Assembly (NCBI RefSeq): GCF_006345805.1
Contig: NC_042998.1
Span: 11,842,001 to 11,906,000, forward strand
DNA: 64,000 nt
Reading direction: 5' to 3'
Origin: Octopus sinensis
Taxonomy: Eukaryota
Shown here: positions 61,974 to 64,000 of the stretch, piece after piece
Layout: every line of letters starts with the position of its first letter
How positions within the stretch are numbered: the stretch's first letter is position 1
Position numbers and translations under genes: made by a program
The notes under the pieces: generated by a model
What the model was told of the DNA's origin: nothing
The model's database searches: none
Seen by the model: the letters and a program-made list of their open reading frames with translations, nothing else

Positions 61974-62797
61974 ATGTACATTATTTACATTATTTACAAA
62001 TGACGGATATTTGTCCTCATCTTGGTTTTTATTGCTAACACAACGTTTCGGCTGATAGATCTTCAAGCCTTCATCAAGTGTCTTGGGTAAATTTCGAACC
62101 TGGGTTCTCATTCCTAAGGTATGACATCAGGACAGTATTCAAGAGTAATACAACACTTCGCAAATATCTCCTTCGAGTAAAACCAACAATAGAAGAGAAT
62201 ATGACCATAGACTGCATCTGTGGTGGGTTATACAAAGGCGAAACATGCCGCCCCCTCAAAATAAGGGTAGACGAATATCGCAAAGCTGTGACACGAGGAT
62301 ATATTGATAAATCGGGTATAGCTGATCATAAATGGGAAAATGGAGACCGCCTCCCCCTGTGGGATGAAATTAAAAATAATGGACAGAGAACACCATTAGA
62401 AAATAAGAAAATTAAAAGAAGCAGCACATATACTAGGACACAACAACCCCTTAAGCAGACCGAGTGCAGTTATGAGCAGCATATGGGAACCGGTAATAAG
62501 GAAGGATAGAAAATATTAGATTTATAAGCCTTAAAATTTACTCCATAATTGCCCACGATTCCGAGTTCGATTGCAAGCAATGACCCGAATAATGATAAAG
62601 ATTATAATAATAATAATAACAATAATATTAATAATAATAATAATGATGATAATATCGAAAATTCCTAAGCAATGAAAACCCAGGCTCAAAATTTCCTCAA
62701 GACACCTGATGAAGGCTGGAGGGTATATCAGCCGAAAGGTTGTGTTAACAACAAACAAGATGAGGACAAATATCCGTCAAATGTAAATAATGTACAT
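61974..62797 (+). mobile_element. 5'-truncated PLE: GIY-YIG remnant between inverted hammerhead-bearing termini
   Basis: ORF 62078-62509: IRTVFKSNTTLRKYL...CICGGLYKGETCRPLKIRVDEYRK...SGIADHKWE. 61974-62116 is the inverted homologue of 62664-62797. Confidence 0.82.
62701..62746 (+). ncRNA. Minimal type I hammerhead; inverted copy at 62037-62082 (-)
   Basis: GACAC-CUGAUGA-A-GGCUG...CAGCC-GAAA-GG-UU^GUGUU. The minus copy is GACAC-UUGAUGA-A-GGCU...CAGCC-GAAA-CG-UU^GUGUU. Confidence 0.75.
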
Positions 62798-63211
62798 AAT
62801 TCCTCATCTTTTAAACTTAGAGCTAAACAGGAAAATATTTACCGAAGATACCACACAGTGAGATTGAACCCACAACGATGCGGCTGGGAAGCAAGCTTCT
62901 TATCATTCAGCCTCGCCTGTAGAGGCTGTATTTTTCTTTTCAATGTTATGTGAAATTTATAGAAAAATTTTGCTATTATCTCTCGTTTCTATTTGAAGTT
63001 GATCTCAATGACTGGGAAGCATTTGTGTATTCTTCTGTTGAAGGGAAGTAAATTCCAAGAAAAAAAAAAAGTTATTTCGTATGACATTTTGTGACCTTTT
63101 CTCGTTTTTGTTATATCTCCACGAATGCATAGAAATGTACATACATATTTATATATATGAATGAGTGCATACGTAAATATACATATAATCATGATATATA
63201 AACATATATTC

Positions 63212-63581
63212 TTGTATTTGTTTCAGTTATTTGACTGCGGCCATGCTGGAGCACCACCTTTACTCGAACATATCGACCACAAAACTTATTCTTTGTAAGT
63301 TTAGTAGTTATTCTATCGGTATTTTTTGCCGAATCGCTAGCTTACGGGGACATAAACACACCAACATCAGTTGTCAAGCAATGATTGTGGGGGGGGGGCA
63401 TACATACACACACACATATATACGACGGGCTTCTTTCAGTTTCCATCTACCAAATCCATTCACAAAGTTTTGGCCATCCCGAGGCTATGGTAAAAGATAC
63501 TTGCTCAAATTCCCTCACAGTGGAACTGAATCCGGAACCATGTGATTGGTAAGCAAGCTACTTGCCACACAGCCACTCCTG
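63212..63581 (-). mobile_element. SINE family A, older diverged copy
   Basis: Reverse-complement homology to 40128-40544. Confidence 0.85.
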
Positions 63582-63600
63582 TATATATGTATATGCATAA

Positions 63601-63643
<43 letters not shown>

Positions 63644-63778
63644 ACTAATGTAGGATAAAATTTTTTTCGGGAAAAAATTTCATCAATGGCCAGCATATCA
63701 AAAAATACCTTTAAAGGTTATTGTAAATTGTTTATATATAAATATATATATATACATATATACATATAAATATATACT

Positions 63779-63815
<37 letters not shown>

Positions 63816-63893
63816 ATATATACATGCTTACACATACACACACAGACACACACACACAATCATGCACGCACACACACACACATATATACACAG

Positions 63894-63924
<31 letters not shown>

Positions 63925-64000
63925 ATCTTATGTAGATGTATTTTATATATGTGTGTGTGTGATTCTGCGTGTGTGGGTGTCTGGTGCTTGGAGGGATTTC

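Overview
AT-rich animal genomic DNA, probably an octopus or other coleoid cephalopod (inferred from the SINE families and the density of TA/CA/TACA microsatellites; not verified). It is almost entirely repeat-derived, and I could not support any intact host gene. Most long entries in the ORF track are translations of microsatellites. Recognisable content: (1) Penelope-like elements (PLEs): one near-complete RT + GIY-YIG element at 645-6047, two GIY-YIG remnants bracketed by inverted termini (51.8-52.8 kb and 62.0-62.8 kb), and several short terminal or fold-back fragments. (2) Two CR1/L2-group LINEs on the minus strand; the longer one has an unusual Myb/SANT-like + CCCH ORF1. (3) A decayed R4/Dong-type LINE. 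(4) Three Tc1/mariner remnants, three non-autonomous Helitrons and at least three tRNA-derived SINE families. (5) A possible GPCR-like pseudogene. (6) A 100-N gap flanked by a duplicated ~1 kb overlap. The main hidden signal is RNA structure. I found about a dozen type I hammerhead ribozyme motifs in PLE-derived termini. Four have fully canonical cores (17751+, 40858-, 42014-, 59545-). They show compensatory base changes, mostly palindromic (dimer-type) stem III, a recurrent CCGANGA core variant, and fold-back inversion junctions that repeatedly fall inside the ribozyme. All structures were paired by eye; none was computed or tested.
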